Source: Heptranchias perlo
Taxonomy: Eukaryota
Direction: 5' to 3'
Assembly: GCF_035084215.1 (NCBI RefSeq)
Contig: NC_090339.1
Span: 34,906,001 to 34,970,000, forward strand
DNA length: 64,000 nt
Below the pieces are notes generated by a model. The model saw nothing but the letters and a program-made list of their open reading frames with translations, had not been told where the DNA came from and did not search any database. Of this stretch, positions 53,641 through 64,000 are shown one piece after another. The position numbers and the translations under genes are program-made. Position 1 is the first letter of the stretch. Each line of letters opens with the position of its first letter.

Positions 53641-53900
53641 TCATAGAATCATAGAATGGTTACAGCACACAAGGAGGCCATTCAGCCCGTTGAGCCCGTG
53701 CCGGCTCTCTGCAATCCAGCTAGTCCCACTTCCCCGCCCTTTCCCTGTAGCCCTGCAAATTCTTTGCCTTCAAGTACTTATCCAATTCCCTTTTGAAAGC
53801 CATGACTGAATCTGCCTCCACCACCCTTTCAGGCAGTGCATTCCAGATCATAACCACTCGCTGCATAAAAAAGTTTTTTCTCATGTGCCTTTGGTTCTTT
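53641..53900 (-). mobile_element. CR1 3' fragment
   Basis: RKNFFMQRVVMIWNALPE; (attctatg)n tail. Confidence 0.85.
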
Positions 53901-54726
53901 TTAGTTGTAAAATGGCACAAACTCAAATATCAGCTAACCCTAGAACGATATTGAACGTGTGCACAATTTGCAGAGCCTGACAAGGTCAAAACCAGTTGAT
54001 CTGAATCTTTACTCTGATGGCTTAATTATTGCCACAAAATTTATACCCAGACAAATAGACTCCATTAGTGCTCCTTACTCTTAATGGATTCTAGAGCTTG
54101 TTCCTCTGAACATCAGAGCAGTTATTCAGGGTCTGCTGCTCACAGTATTAGAAATATCAAAGATATGGTATTTAACAAAGAACAGCACTATGGTTCAACA
54201 GTAAATGCACAGCTACTGATCCAAATGCTTCAGTTACCAATATGAAACTGCTGGTCACTATTATAAGGAGGCCTTGTCCACCAGCAGATATATTCATCTA
54301 ATTTTAACATAATTCAGTGGTTGGACAAGGGGTCAAGGAACAGAGCCGTATATAGCCACTTCAGAGAAGTTAGGAAACAACCAGTGACAGTGACCATGAG
54401 ACAAAGCCACCACCTCAACTGTCCTAGGAGTAGTCACCACCCACCCAAAGGGTAATCCCTCTCACCCAGCTCAAGAAATAATTACCCACCTTGCATCATT
54501 AGCCCACCCTTCACCGAGCTCAAAAGGTATTCATCCATCTTCCAAGAGTGCGACAAACACTACCCTGCCCATGAAATCATCACGAAGATGATCTGTTGGT
54601 CCCTCCATGAGCACAATGTGAAGAACGTGTCTGAGCTGGGCCCCACACTATCGCCTTGCGCAGCTGCCCCATTACCATCTCCTTCACAGTGAATTATAAA
54701 CAGCAAAACAATGTAAAAGTACTTAC

Positions 54727-54780
54727 ATAAGGTCCAGCATCCAGAGAATCAGCGTTCACAATAATGGGAGGAGGATTTGC
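54727..54780 (-). CDS. DLG3: DLG3 coding exon, 54 nt, phase 0-0 (ANPPPIIVNADSLDAGPY), N-terminal PEST-like region
   Basis: Minus strand reads ttcttacag|GCA AAT CCT...CCT TAT|gtaagt. The peptide matches the ANPPP..VN.DSL motif of DLG-family proteins and is in frame with the next exon. Too short for the ORF track. Confidence 0.9.
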
Positions 54781-55129
54781 CTGTAAGAATACAAATCACA
54801 ACATTTTTACTGATTTCAGCTCTACAGTAAATGACTGTCAGTACATAGAACTCTAATCAGTCACCTAAATAAGTAACCACATTGGTATAGTGTTTGGTGC
54901 TGAAGTGTGGAGCCAATGAGACACCAACCTAACCACTGTCACTTTCAAGCACCTACAAGCAATCAGCTGCAGAGAAGTGCCGGGAAACATCTGGCAGCAG
55001 ACATCCAGCTCCAACTTTTATGTAGGCATGATGCATGGCACCAACAAAAATTTTGAATCAATAACTTTTTAAGCATGATGTTGCCATCCTATGCACGAGA
55101 AACAGCGATAAACTTTATATTATTACACT

Positions 55130-55330
55130 AGGTGGTGCGGTGGGTTAGATATTGACCTTTCACCTCTTGGAACATCAAACTAAGCCCAGACTGATGGGAT
55201 GAAAGTCTCCTCTGTCTGCTGGCAGTAAAGGCCCAATATGAAGTGCGTTTGAGCAGTCTCAATCCTGTTCCTATTGGGCATGAAGCCACAGCACAAAACT
55301 ATTCATAATTTGGCACTAGACTGTCAATTT
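55130..55330 (+). mobile_element. LF-SINE-related element
   Basis: Ordered blocks cctttcacctct, gtctcaatcctgttcctattgg, ccacagcacaaaac, tttggcacta match my recalled LF-SINE consensus. Confidence 0.6.
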
Positions 55331-55715
55331 CATTCAAATAGACCATAAGAATGATTGGTGCAGAAAATGGAAAAATGTCACAATGGTACAACAGCAGATG
55401 CTTTTGTGAAGTTGGAGTTTGGGCATATTGTTGGGAAAGAGTCGAGTGAGCTTCACCATTCAATTAACCTGTGCTATAACTGACCTGGAAGTGCTTGATA
55501 CTAGCACACAGAAACCAAAATGTTGTTCTTATTTTTGATAAGTCCTGCTTTATTTTTAATGGATATTTTATTGTTACTTCCTATAGCCTTTTATTACTTT
55601 TTGTATTCTTACACTTAAGAAAACCCTGCCAGATTGTGAAAGCTCTGCACCCTGTCCAACTGATGCCTCCTTTCCACAGGGGCAATGATTAAGGTTTATA
55701 CCCTTGCAAACATAG

Positions 55716-56253
55716 AGATTGATTTTTACTCCCAGGCCTAGCAAGCGGCCTGCTTGTCCGGGAGCAGTAGCAGGGAGGGTTCAGCTGATTTTAACGGCTG
55801 GACCTCATTAACATGCCATTTGCCAACTTCCAGACCAAAACGGCTGAGAAGTCAATGGGAATCGGCTGCCCGGCCATAAAAATCGGGCAGCTCGGAGGCC
55901 TTTGCTGGGAACCTGCAGGAATGGTCCCCGGCTGCAAGGTAAGCAGATCAGGGGTACTCGGTAGGGGAATCACGGCTGGGGGAAGGGGGATGTCTAGGAC
56001 AGGGGAGGCCCAAGGTTTCCTTGTGGGACCCGGAGGACCACTCCTGGACTGGCTGGGAAGCCACCATTGCTCCCCCACTCAGGCCTCAGGTAAAAACAGC
56101 AGACCCCGATGAAGTCATCATTGCCCCCTGAAATTTTAAATTGCAGTCGACCAGATCAGGGTGGGAATGGAGTGGGTAAGTCCCATGCTCCATTTTAACT
56201 GCCCCACTCACCCTGCTTGGTTTCCACCAGACAGGGGGAGTTAAAATTGATCC
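55716..56253. mobile_element. Harbinger-type MITE
   Basis: gattgatttttactccc / gggagttaaaattgatc inverted ends. Confidence 0.55.
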
Positions 56254-56994
56254 CACAGTGTCTGACAATTGTTTGATACATGTGTGCATTGCAGTCTACA
56301 GTGATGTGGCAAATGTTCCCTTTGGTGGCTTGGACAGATCCGGTACAATGAAAGGTTCATGCTGTGGTAACCTTCACTTCTGTGGGAAGATCCATCTCTG
56401 TTCCAGATGTTGCCTTCAGGGAGTGTTTGTTACTGACATTGGGATCAAGAAGTGGAAAGAAACTCACCTTTCTTTCCAATGCGTGACAGAGATGACTTTT
56501 TGTATATTACACAATTCATTACACCTTTCTCCTGCATTTTAAGGCTATTCACTGGCTTTAAAACCGAATAGTTGCCTTTTTGTGAAAGTAGTTTGAAAAC
56601 AAACTTGTTGTTCTCCCATTTCTAGCATTTTGTGTTCTGTTATTTAAGAAGTGGAAATGTTCCATTCCCAAGCACAGATATCTCTCACTTTGATGAGAAA
56701 AATATCACACAAAAATATAGGTTGAATTCTAAAAAAGGACTCATCACACTGCACACAATTCCCAGCTGAGAAGACATGTGTGTGACCTAATGCATTACCT
56801 CTGTCAGTGTCTCTCTGTAAAGCTTCCTATGGAGGGTGAGAAAACAGTCATGGCAACTTTAACATTGAAATTCTTCATTCCCCACCAGGTTTAACTTAAC
56901 ATTTCCCTTTACAGCTCTGATCTAGAATGCACCATGTGAGATATCATGGTTATAATCTTGGGTCTTTCTAATGCCCTGCATACATGGTGGAGCA

Positions 56995-57415
56995 ATAGTA
57001 TCCTGCATTATCACGCTTATTAACTGTACCTTTATAATATCCTGTCACACCTGTTAACAGCCCATGAACTGCCCTGTCGCTCTTGTTAACAATCAGTTTT
57101 TAACAATCTGCATTATCACATTCATTAAAAAACAATCTATAATATCCTGCACAGTCACACTTGTTAATAACAGTTTTCAAATAGCCTGTACTATCACATT
57201 CATTAACAATAACTTTCTAACATCTTGCACCAGCACATTCAGTAATAACAGTTTTTTAAATAACCTGTACTATGAACACTCATTAATAGCTTTCTAATGT
57301 CCTTTGTCACATCCGTTAACCAGAGCTTTCTGCTATCCTGCTCTGTCACACTTGTTATCAATAGCTTTCTGATGTCCTGCAATGTCACATCTATTAACAA
57401 TAGTTTTCTAGTGCA
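56995..57415. repeat. Degenerate ~39-bp tandem repeat (tcctgcattatcacacttgttaacaatagttttctaa), about 10 copies
   Basis: Periodic tcaca..gttaa(c/t)aa motifs. Confidence 0.8.
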
Positions 57416-57669
57416 ACCCATCCAATTTCTTCTGCTTAGGAAGGGAGCCGGGATGGGTTTATTGGACCTAATGACTTTTCCTGATCTTAGAAATTTGTCT
57501 GTTCTTATGATACAATTTGCAAAATAAATGATGCACTTTTAGTTAACTGTCTTTTATTGACAGAAGTCTAACATTTTTGCTCACAGCTCCAAACCATTTA
57601 CAACAAGAACCTGTCCCAAAGGAAGGAGCTAAAGTAAGATATACTGGTGAAAATTATGAAATGCGTCTG

Positions 57670-58022
57670 TGGCACTAATCTTTGTCCTTATCTATAAATC
57701 CCTCCATGACCTTGCTCTAACCTATCTCTGCAATTTGCTTCAGTTCTATATCCCCTTCCAAATGCTCTGTTCTTCTGGCTTTGGTCAACTGTGTATCCCT
57801 CCTCCCTTTGCCCTATCATTGGTTCCAAAGCATTCAGCTTCCTCAGTTGTACTCTTTGGATCTCCCTCCATAAACCTCTCCACCTTTACGGACCTATCTC
57901 TTTGACCAAACTTTAGGCCCCCCTCCTAATCTCTCGCCTTCAGTCTAGCGTCTGTTCTTCTTACATGTATGTTACTACATTCTCTGACATTAAAGGTGCT
58001 ATATAAATGCAAGTTGTGGTTA
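57670..58022 (+). mobile_element. L2 3'-end remnant
   Basis: LIYKSLHDLALTYLCNLLQ; ends ttaaaggtgctatataaatgcaagttgt. Confidence 0.7.
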
Positions 58023-58745
58023 GTATTATTATTAAAAGACTGGTATAGTATGGGCTCCAGGATCTGAGATCTTGCTCCTAGTATCCTCAACAAAGTTTCT
58101 CAGCAGAGATAAGAGGAAGTAGGTAGGATTCAAAAACAGAGTGTAAAACATTGAATTAAAAAATGAAACTACAGCAGAAATATACACAGTTAACATTTCT
58201 GACAATATCAAGCTTTAACACCAGCAGTGATTTCTGTAGCCTTCAGCTCTGGCTATTGAGCAATGAGTACATTTATATCTGGGGCCTACTCTTCAGATAC
58301 GTTCACTACAGAACTGCAGCTGATAAGGCGGACTGCTTTACAATGTAGTGGTAATTGCTTGGGGAGTGTGGGTAAGAACATTCCAAACCTCAGAGCTTAC
58401 TGCATCACAAATGCAAATTCACATCATTTTTTGACGGTCACAGGGTCATGTAATTATAGCTTCCGCTTCTCTTTCCAGACTCTCCTGTCATTATATGCTT
58501 TTAAAAAGACAGCTAGAACCTCCCACATCTAACCTTACCTGATGTGGGATGCCAACAGAATGAATTTATTCCGAAGCACTTCAGTTACTTAACCCATTTG
58601 GCACTGAATTCTATTTGCATTCCATAGCTAATGTTCTCCCCATACTGTACTTGTCATGTACAAAGAAGTAGGAATGATTGAAGTCTATAGAATATAAAAG
58701 GTTCTACCACAAGACCAAGTTATAGTCCAACGATTTTATTTGAAA

Positions 58746-58784
58746 TCTACAAGCTTTCGGAGGCTTCCTCCTTCCTCAGGTAAA
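58746..58784 (-). ncRNA. Minimal type I hammerhead ribozyme motif, sense to DLG3
   Basis: UUUAC-CUGAGGA-A-GGAGG-AAG-CCUCC-GAAA-GCUU-GUAGA: CUGANGA and GAAA core, 5-bp stem II, palindromic AAGCUU stem III, closing stem I. Confidence 0.75.
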
Positions 58785-58792
58785 TTTCCACA

Positions 58793-58831
58793 TTCACCTG
58801 AGGAAGGAGGAAGCCTCTGAAAGCTTGTGAA
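58793..58831 (+). ncRNA. Minimal type I hammerhead ribozyme motif
   Basis: UUCAC-CUGAGGA-A-GGAGG-AAG-CCUCU-GAAA-GCUU-GUGAA; perfect 5-bp stem I, one G-U pair in stem II. Confidence 0.72.
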
Positions 58832-60468
58832 TTTCAAATAAAATTGCTGGACTACAACTTGGTGTTGTAAAATTGTTTACAACAGGTAAATGTCAGGAAC
58901 TCCTCGAAGCCTACGCATTTATAAATCGCATAACAATACATGGTGATTACAGACAGCCTTTGCAACTGCCCGTTGCCAAGGCAATCACCGTGTTCAGACA
59001 GAGAGGTGTTACCTACAGAACCCCCGAATATACATTCAACAAAAAAAACAAACAGGAAACAAAAACAGAGAGAGGCAGAAACATCCGGAAGGCAGAGAAA
59101 GCCAGCAAATGACCAGTTATATTAAAAACAGATGGCTTTTGTTCGCTGGTGGGCTTACGTGTAGTGTGACATGAACCCAAGATCCCGGTTGAGGCCGTCC
59201 TCATGGGTGCGGAACTTAGCTATCAATTTCTGCTCGACGATTTTGCGTTGTCGTGTGTCTTGAAGGCCGCCTTGGAGTACGCTTACCCGAAGGTCGGTGG
59301 CTGAATGTCCCTGACTGCTGAAGTGTTCCCCGACTGGGAGGGAATCCTCCTGTCTGGCGATTGTTGCGCGGTGTCCGTTCATCCGTTGTCACAGTGTCTG
59401 CATGGTCTCGCCAATGTACCATGCTCTGGGGCATCCTTTCCTGCAACGTATGAGGTAGACAACGTTGGCCGAGTCACAGGAGTATGAACCATGCACCTGG
59501 TGGGTGGTGTCCTCTCGTGTGATGGTGGTATCTGTGTCGATGATCTGGCATGTCTTGCAGAGGTTACCGTGGCAGGGTTGTGTGGTGTCGTGGACGCATG
59601 TTCTCCGCAGCCTTGTTCTCCGCAGCCTTCAACATGTCATCAATGACGATGAAGACCTCGCTATGGCCATCCCCACACCTCCACTACTCGCCTTTAAACA
59701 GCCATCCAACCTCAAACAGACTATCGTTCGCAGCAAATTACCCAGCTTTCAGGAGAACAGCGTCCACGACAGAACACAACCCTGCCACGGTAACCTCTGC
59801 AAGACATGCCAGATCATCGACACAGATACCATCATCACATGAGAGGACACCACCCACCAGGTGCATGGTTCATACTCCTGTGACTCGGCCAACGTTGTCT
59901 ACCTCATACGTTGCAGGAAAGGATGCCCCAGAGCATGGTACATTGGCGAGACCATGCAGACACTGCGACAACGGATGAACGGACACCGTGCAACAATCGC
60001 AGACAGGAGGGTTCCCTCCCAGTCGGGAAATACTTCAGCAGTCAGGGACATTCAGCCACCGACCTTCGGGTAAGCGTACTCCAAGGCGGCCTTCGAGACA
60101 CATGACAACGCAAAATCGTCGAGCAGAAATTGATAGCCAAGTTCCGCACCCATGAGGACGGCCTCAACCGGGATCTTGGGTTCATGTCACGCTACACGTA
60201 AGCCCACCAGCGAACAAAAGCTATCTGTTTTTAATATAACTGGTCATTTGCTGGCTTTCTCTGCCTTCCGGATGTTTCTGCCTCTCTCTCTGTTTTTTTT
60301 TTCCTGTTTGTTTTTTTTGTTGAATGTATATTCGGGGGTTCTGTAGGTAACACCTCTCTGTCTGAACACGGTGATTGCCTTGGCAACGGGCAGTTGCAAA
60401 GACTGTCTGTAATCACCATGTATTGTTCTGTGATTTATAAATGCGTAGGCTTCGAGGAGTTCCTGACA

Positions 60469-60507
60469 TTTACCTGAGGAAGGAGGAAGCCTCCGAAAGC
60501 TTGTAGA
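60469..60507 (+). ncRNA. Minimal type I hammerhead ribozyme motif in the Penelope pLTR
   Basis: UUUAC-CUGAGGA-A-GGAGG-AAG-CCUCC-GAAA-GCUU-GUAGA. Confidence 0.75.
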
Positions 60508-61038
60508 TTTCAAATAAAATCGTTGGACTATAATTTGGTGTTGTAAAATTGTTTACAATTGTCAACCCCAGTCCATCACCGGCATCTCGATATCATGGCT
60601 ACCACAAGACCACAGCAAATATCTAGTGCAAAAAAATGAAGTTCTAATTCCTCTCTGCAATTTAAAGCTTTAATAATGGGAATGTCCAGGTTTTACAAAT
60701 CAAGGAGACTTCTGCCCATATTAACACCTGGTACAGGAGGCTTTGAGGCACAGACCATCCCTGTGGGAGGTCTTCCATGGATCTTATTGAGTATCCACAA
60801 CATGCAGGTTGCAAATAATATTTCATTACTGAGAAAAAAAATCACCCTTTTTAAACAAAAACGACACAATTATTAGAATTAAGTTCACCCAGTCACTAGG
60901 TTCTGTTGTATGTTCTGACCTGAGTAACTAGTGGAGAGAAGCTGGAGTCAGATAGGGACACAGAGGCAGGGAGGTACAGGTGAGTGAGAAAAGAAGCTAC
61001 AATTGAAGAGAACAGCAAGTGAAAGAGAGAGAAAGGTG

Positions 61039-61213
61039 TAATTTTGATTTTGAGTGATAGTGTAAAACGGGTGATAGCAAATAGTCAGCCTGTTCCAAAT
61101 CTCTCCTGATTTTTATTTCCATTGACGTCAATGGAAATAAAAATCAGGAGAGATGTAAAGCAGGCTACCGATTCGGTATCTCCCCGTTTTACACTATCGC
61201 ATAGTCAAAATTA
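61039..61213. mobile_element. Fold-back MITE with a perfect 56-bp central palindrome
   Basis: taattttga/tcaaaatta ends; gatagtgtaaaacggg/cccgttttacactatc; 61099-61154 is a perfect palindrome. Confidence 0.85.
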
Positions 61214-61697
61214 ACGAGAGAAAGAGAAAGCAGGATAAGAAAGAGGCGAAGTCAGACTTGGAGAGATATTTGTAGGATAGAGTGGAGAAAGGCACATGTG
61301 AGAGGGTAATGGAGGTCAATATAAAGATGTCCTGAAACAGAAAACCAATGAGGAAGAGGAGATAAGAGGAGCTGGAGTTTGAAAGCTTGACACCTGCTGG
61401 TGAATGTGAGCAGGAGCTGGGACTGCACTGTGCACACCATAGGCATCAGAAGCAAAAAAGACGCTATTGGAGCAACTTGTTTGAATACTTGTAAGATTGT
61501 AGTTCTACTGTTATAGGGAGTTGTGGTACTCCTCGCTAATAATAATACAAGAAGCTTGTAAACATTAGATAAGGCGATGGAGAAACAAAAGACCCTGATG
61601 GCAGTATGAAAGCAATGTTAAATAACAATTCCAATCCCTACCCAGGATCCTGCCGATTGTGAGAGTGAAAAAAGAAATCTGGGGATCACAATAAACA

Positions 61698-64000
61698 TTT
61701 TTTTTTATTCGTTCATGGGATGTGGGCGTCGCTGGCGAGGCTGGCATTTGTTGCCCATCCCTAATTGCCCTTGAGAAGGTGGTGGTGAGCCGCCTTCTTG
61801 AACCACTGCAGTCTGTGTGGTGAAGGTTCTCCCACAGTGCTGTTAGGAAGGGAGTTCCAGGATTTTGACCCAGCAGCAATGAAGGAACGGCGATATATTT
61901 CCAAGTCGGGATGGTGTGTGATTTGGAGGGGAACGTGCAGGTGGTGTTGTTCCCATGTACCTGCTGCTCTTGTCCTTCTAGGTGGTAGAGGTCGCGGGTT
62001 TGGGAGGTGCTGTCGAAGAAGCCTTGGCGAGTTGCTGCAGTGCATCCTGTGGATGGTACACACTGCAGCCACGTTGCGCCGGTGGTGAAGTGAGTGAATG
62101 TTTAGGGTGGTGGATGGGGTGCCAATCAAGCGGGCTGCTTTGTCCTGGATGGTGTCGAGCTTCTTGAGTGTTGTTGGAGCTGCACTCATCCAGGCAAGTG
62201 GAGAGTATTCCATCACACTCCTGACTTGTGCCTTGTAGATGGTGGAAAGGCTTTGGGGAGTCAGGAGGTTGGTCACTCGCCGCAGAATACACAGCCTCTG
62301 GCCTGCTCTTGTGGCCACAGTGATTATATGGCTGGTCCAGTTAAGTTTCTGGTCAATGGTGACCCCCATGTTGATGGTGGGGGTCACCATTGGCCGCCTT
62401 CTTGAACCACTGCAGTCTGTGTGGTGAAGGTTCTCCCACAGTGCTGTTAGGAAGGGAGTTCCAGGATTTTGACCCAGCAGCAATGAAGGAACGGCGATAT
62501 ATTTCCAAGTCGGGATGGTGTGTGTACTGGAACAGCTTGGCTAGAGGCGCGGCTAGTTCTGGAGAACATGTCTTCAGCACTACAGCCGGGATGTTTTCGG
62601 GGCCCATAGCCTTTGCTGTATCCAGTGCACTCAGCCGTTTCTTGATATCACGTGGAGTGAATCGAATTGGCTGAAGACTGGCTTCTGTGATGGTGGGGAT
62701 ATCGGGAGGAGGCCGAGATGGATCATCCACTCGGCACTTCTGGCTGAAGATGGTTGTAAACGCTTCAGCCTTGTCTTTTGCACTCACGTGCTGGACTCCG
62801 CCCTTGTTGAGGATGGGGATGTTTACAGAGCCTCCTCCTCCCGTTAGTTGTTTAATTGTCCACCACCATTCACGACTGGATGTGGCAGGACTGCAGAGCT
62901 TTGATCTGATCCGTTGGTTGTGGAATCGCTTAGCTCTGTCTATAGCATGTTGCTTCCGCTGTTTAGCACACATGTAGTCCTGAGTTGTAGCTTCACCAGG
63001 TTGGCACCCGGTGCTGCTCCTCATTGAACTAGGGTTGATCCCCTGGCTTGTTGGTAATGGTAGAGTGAGGAATATGCCAGGCCATGAGGTTACAGATTGT
63101 GCTGGAATACAATTCTGCTGCTGCTGCTGATGGCCCACAGTGCCTCATGGATGACCAGTTTTGAGCTGCTAGATCTGTTCTGAATCTATCCCATTTATCA
63201 CAGTGGTAGTGCCACACAACACATTGGATGGTGTCCTCAGTGCGAAGACGGGATTTTGTCTCCACAAGGACTGTGCAGTGGTCACTCCTACCAATACTGT
63301 CATGGACAGATGCATCTGCGACAGGTAGATTGGTGAGGACGAGATCAAGTAGTTTTTTCCCTCGTGTTAGTTCGCTCACCACCTGCCGCAGGCCCAGTCT
63401 AGCAGCTATGTCCTTCAGGACTCGGCCAGTAGTGCTACCGAGCCACTCTTGGTGATGGACATTGAAGTCCCCCCACCCAGAGTACATTCTGTGTCCTTGC
63501 TACCCTAACTGCTTCCTCCAAGTGGTGTTCAACATGGAGGAGGACTGATTCATCAGCTGAGGGAGGGCGGTTGGTGGTAATCAGCAGGAGGTTTCCTTGC
63601 CCATGTTTGGACCTGATGCTATTAGATTTCATGGGGTCCAGAGTCAATGTTGAGGACTCCCAGGGCCATTCCCTCCTAACTGTATATCACTGTACCACCA
63701 CCTCTGGTGGGTCTGTCTTGCCGGTGGGACAGGACATACCCAGGGCTGGTGATGGAAGAGTCTGGGATGACTCGTCTGTGGGACAGCTCTCCCAATTTTG
63801 GCACAAGTCCCCAGATGTTAGTGAGGAGGACTTTGCAGGGTCGACTGGGCTTGGTTTGCCTTTATCATGTCCGGTTTTATTCTTATTGTGACTTTTTTTA
63901 AGTGAGATTTTACAACTGAGTGGTTTGCTAGGCCATTTCAGAATCAACCACACTGCTGTGGGTCTGGAGTCACATATAGGCCAGACCGGGTAAGGACAGC
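61698..64000 (-). mobile_element. Zenon-like LINE, rearranged (RT core deleted); may extend past the window end
   Basis: GDFNVHH, LDLVLTN, SDH, KAMGPENI; poly(A) seen as a T-run at ~61698; homologous to 13812-16090. Confidence 0.9.

Larger units (their letters stand above)
58715..60600. mobile_element. Penelope-like retroelement 3' end (GIY-YIG endonuclease and pLTR) arranged as an inverted duplication
   Basis: NVVYLIRC..C...YIGET.QTLRQRMNGHR..VGEHF..R...EQKLI..GLN present on both strands; arms 58883-59597 and 59760-60476; flanking 14-bp direct repeat ctaccacaagacca (58704-58717, 60599-60612). Confidence 0.92.

Noticed and set aside
20769-54780. Assignment to DLG1, DLG2 or DLG4
   Set aside because: [34 protein letters not shown] and [15 protein letters not shown] are DLG3-type residues
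56468-56537. Candidate alternative first exon MQEKGVMNCVIYKKSSLSRIGKK|gtgagt
   Set aside because: Ends in phase 1, whereas the downstream exons begin in phase 0; no recognisable homology

Overview
Vertebrate genomic DNA, not prokaryotic; the repeat families point to a cartilaginous fish (shark-like), which is my inference. The window lies inside a large minus-strand gene, DLG3 (SAP102, a MAGUK synaptic scaffold). I traced seven coding exons by hand, all with AG/GT boundaries and compatible phases. They encode the N-terminal PEST-like segment, PDZ1, PDZ2 and the PDZ2-PDZ3 linker. I did not find the first exon(s) or the PDZ3/SH3/GK exons, so they probably lie outside the window. The rest is intron filled with mobile DNA: CR1, L2, L1-clade and Zenon-like LINE fragments, several PIF/Harbinger transposons and MITEs, ancient SINEs (LF-SINE-, UCON3- and Deu/SacSINE-like), a 2.3-kb 30-bp minisatellite and an inverted Penelope-like element. 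The most notable signals are minimal hammerhead-ribozyme motifs in the Penelope-type repeats (two on the DLG3 sense strand), several long fold-back inverted repeats, a perfect 56-bp palindrome centred on a CRE, and a templated deletion/duplication scar in a LINE. Repeat family names come from my recall of consensus motifs and need a Dfam/Repbase check. I see no evidence of a wholly new biological system.
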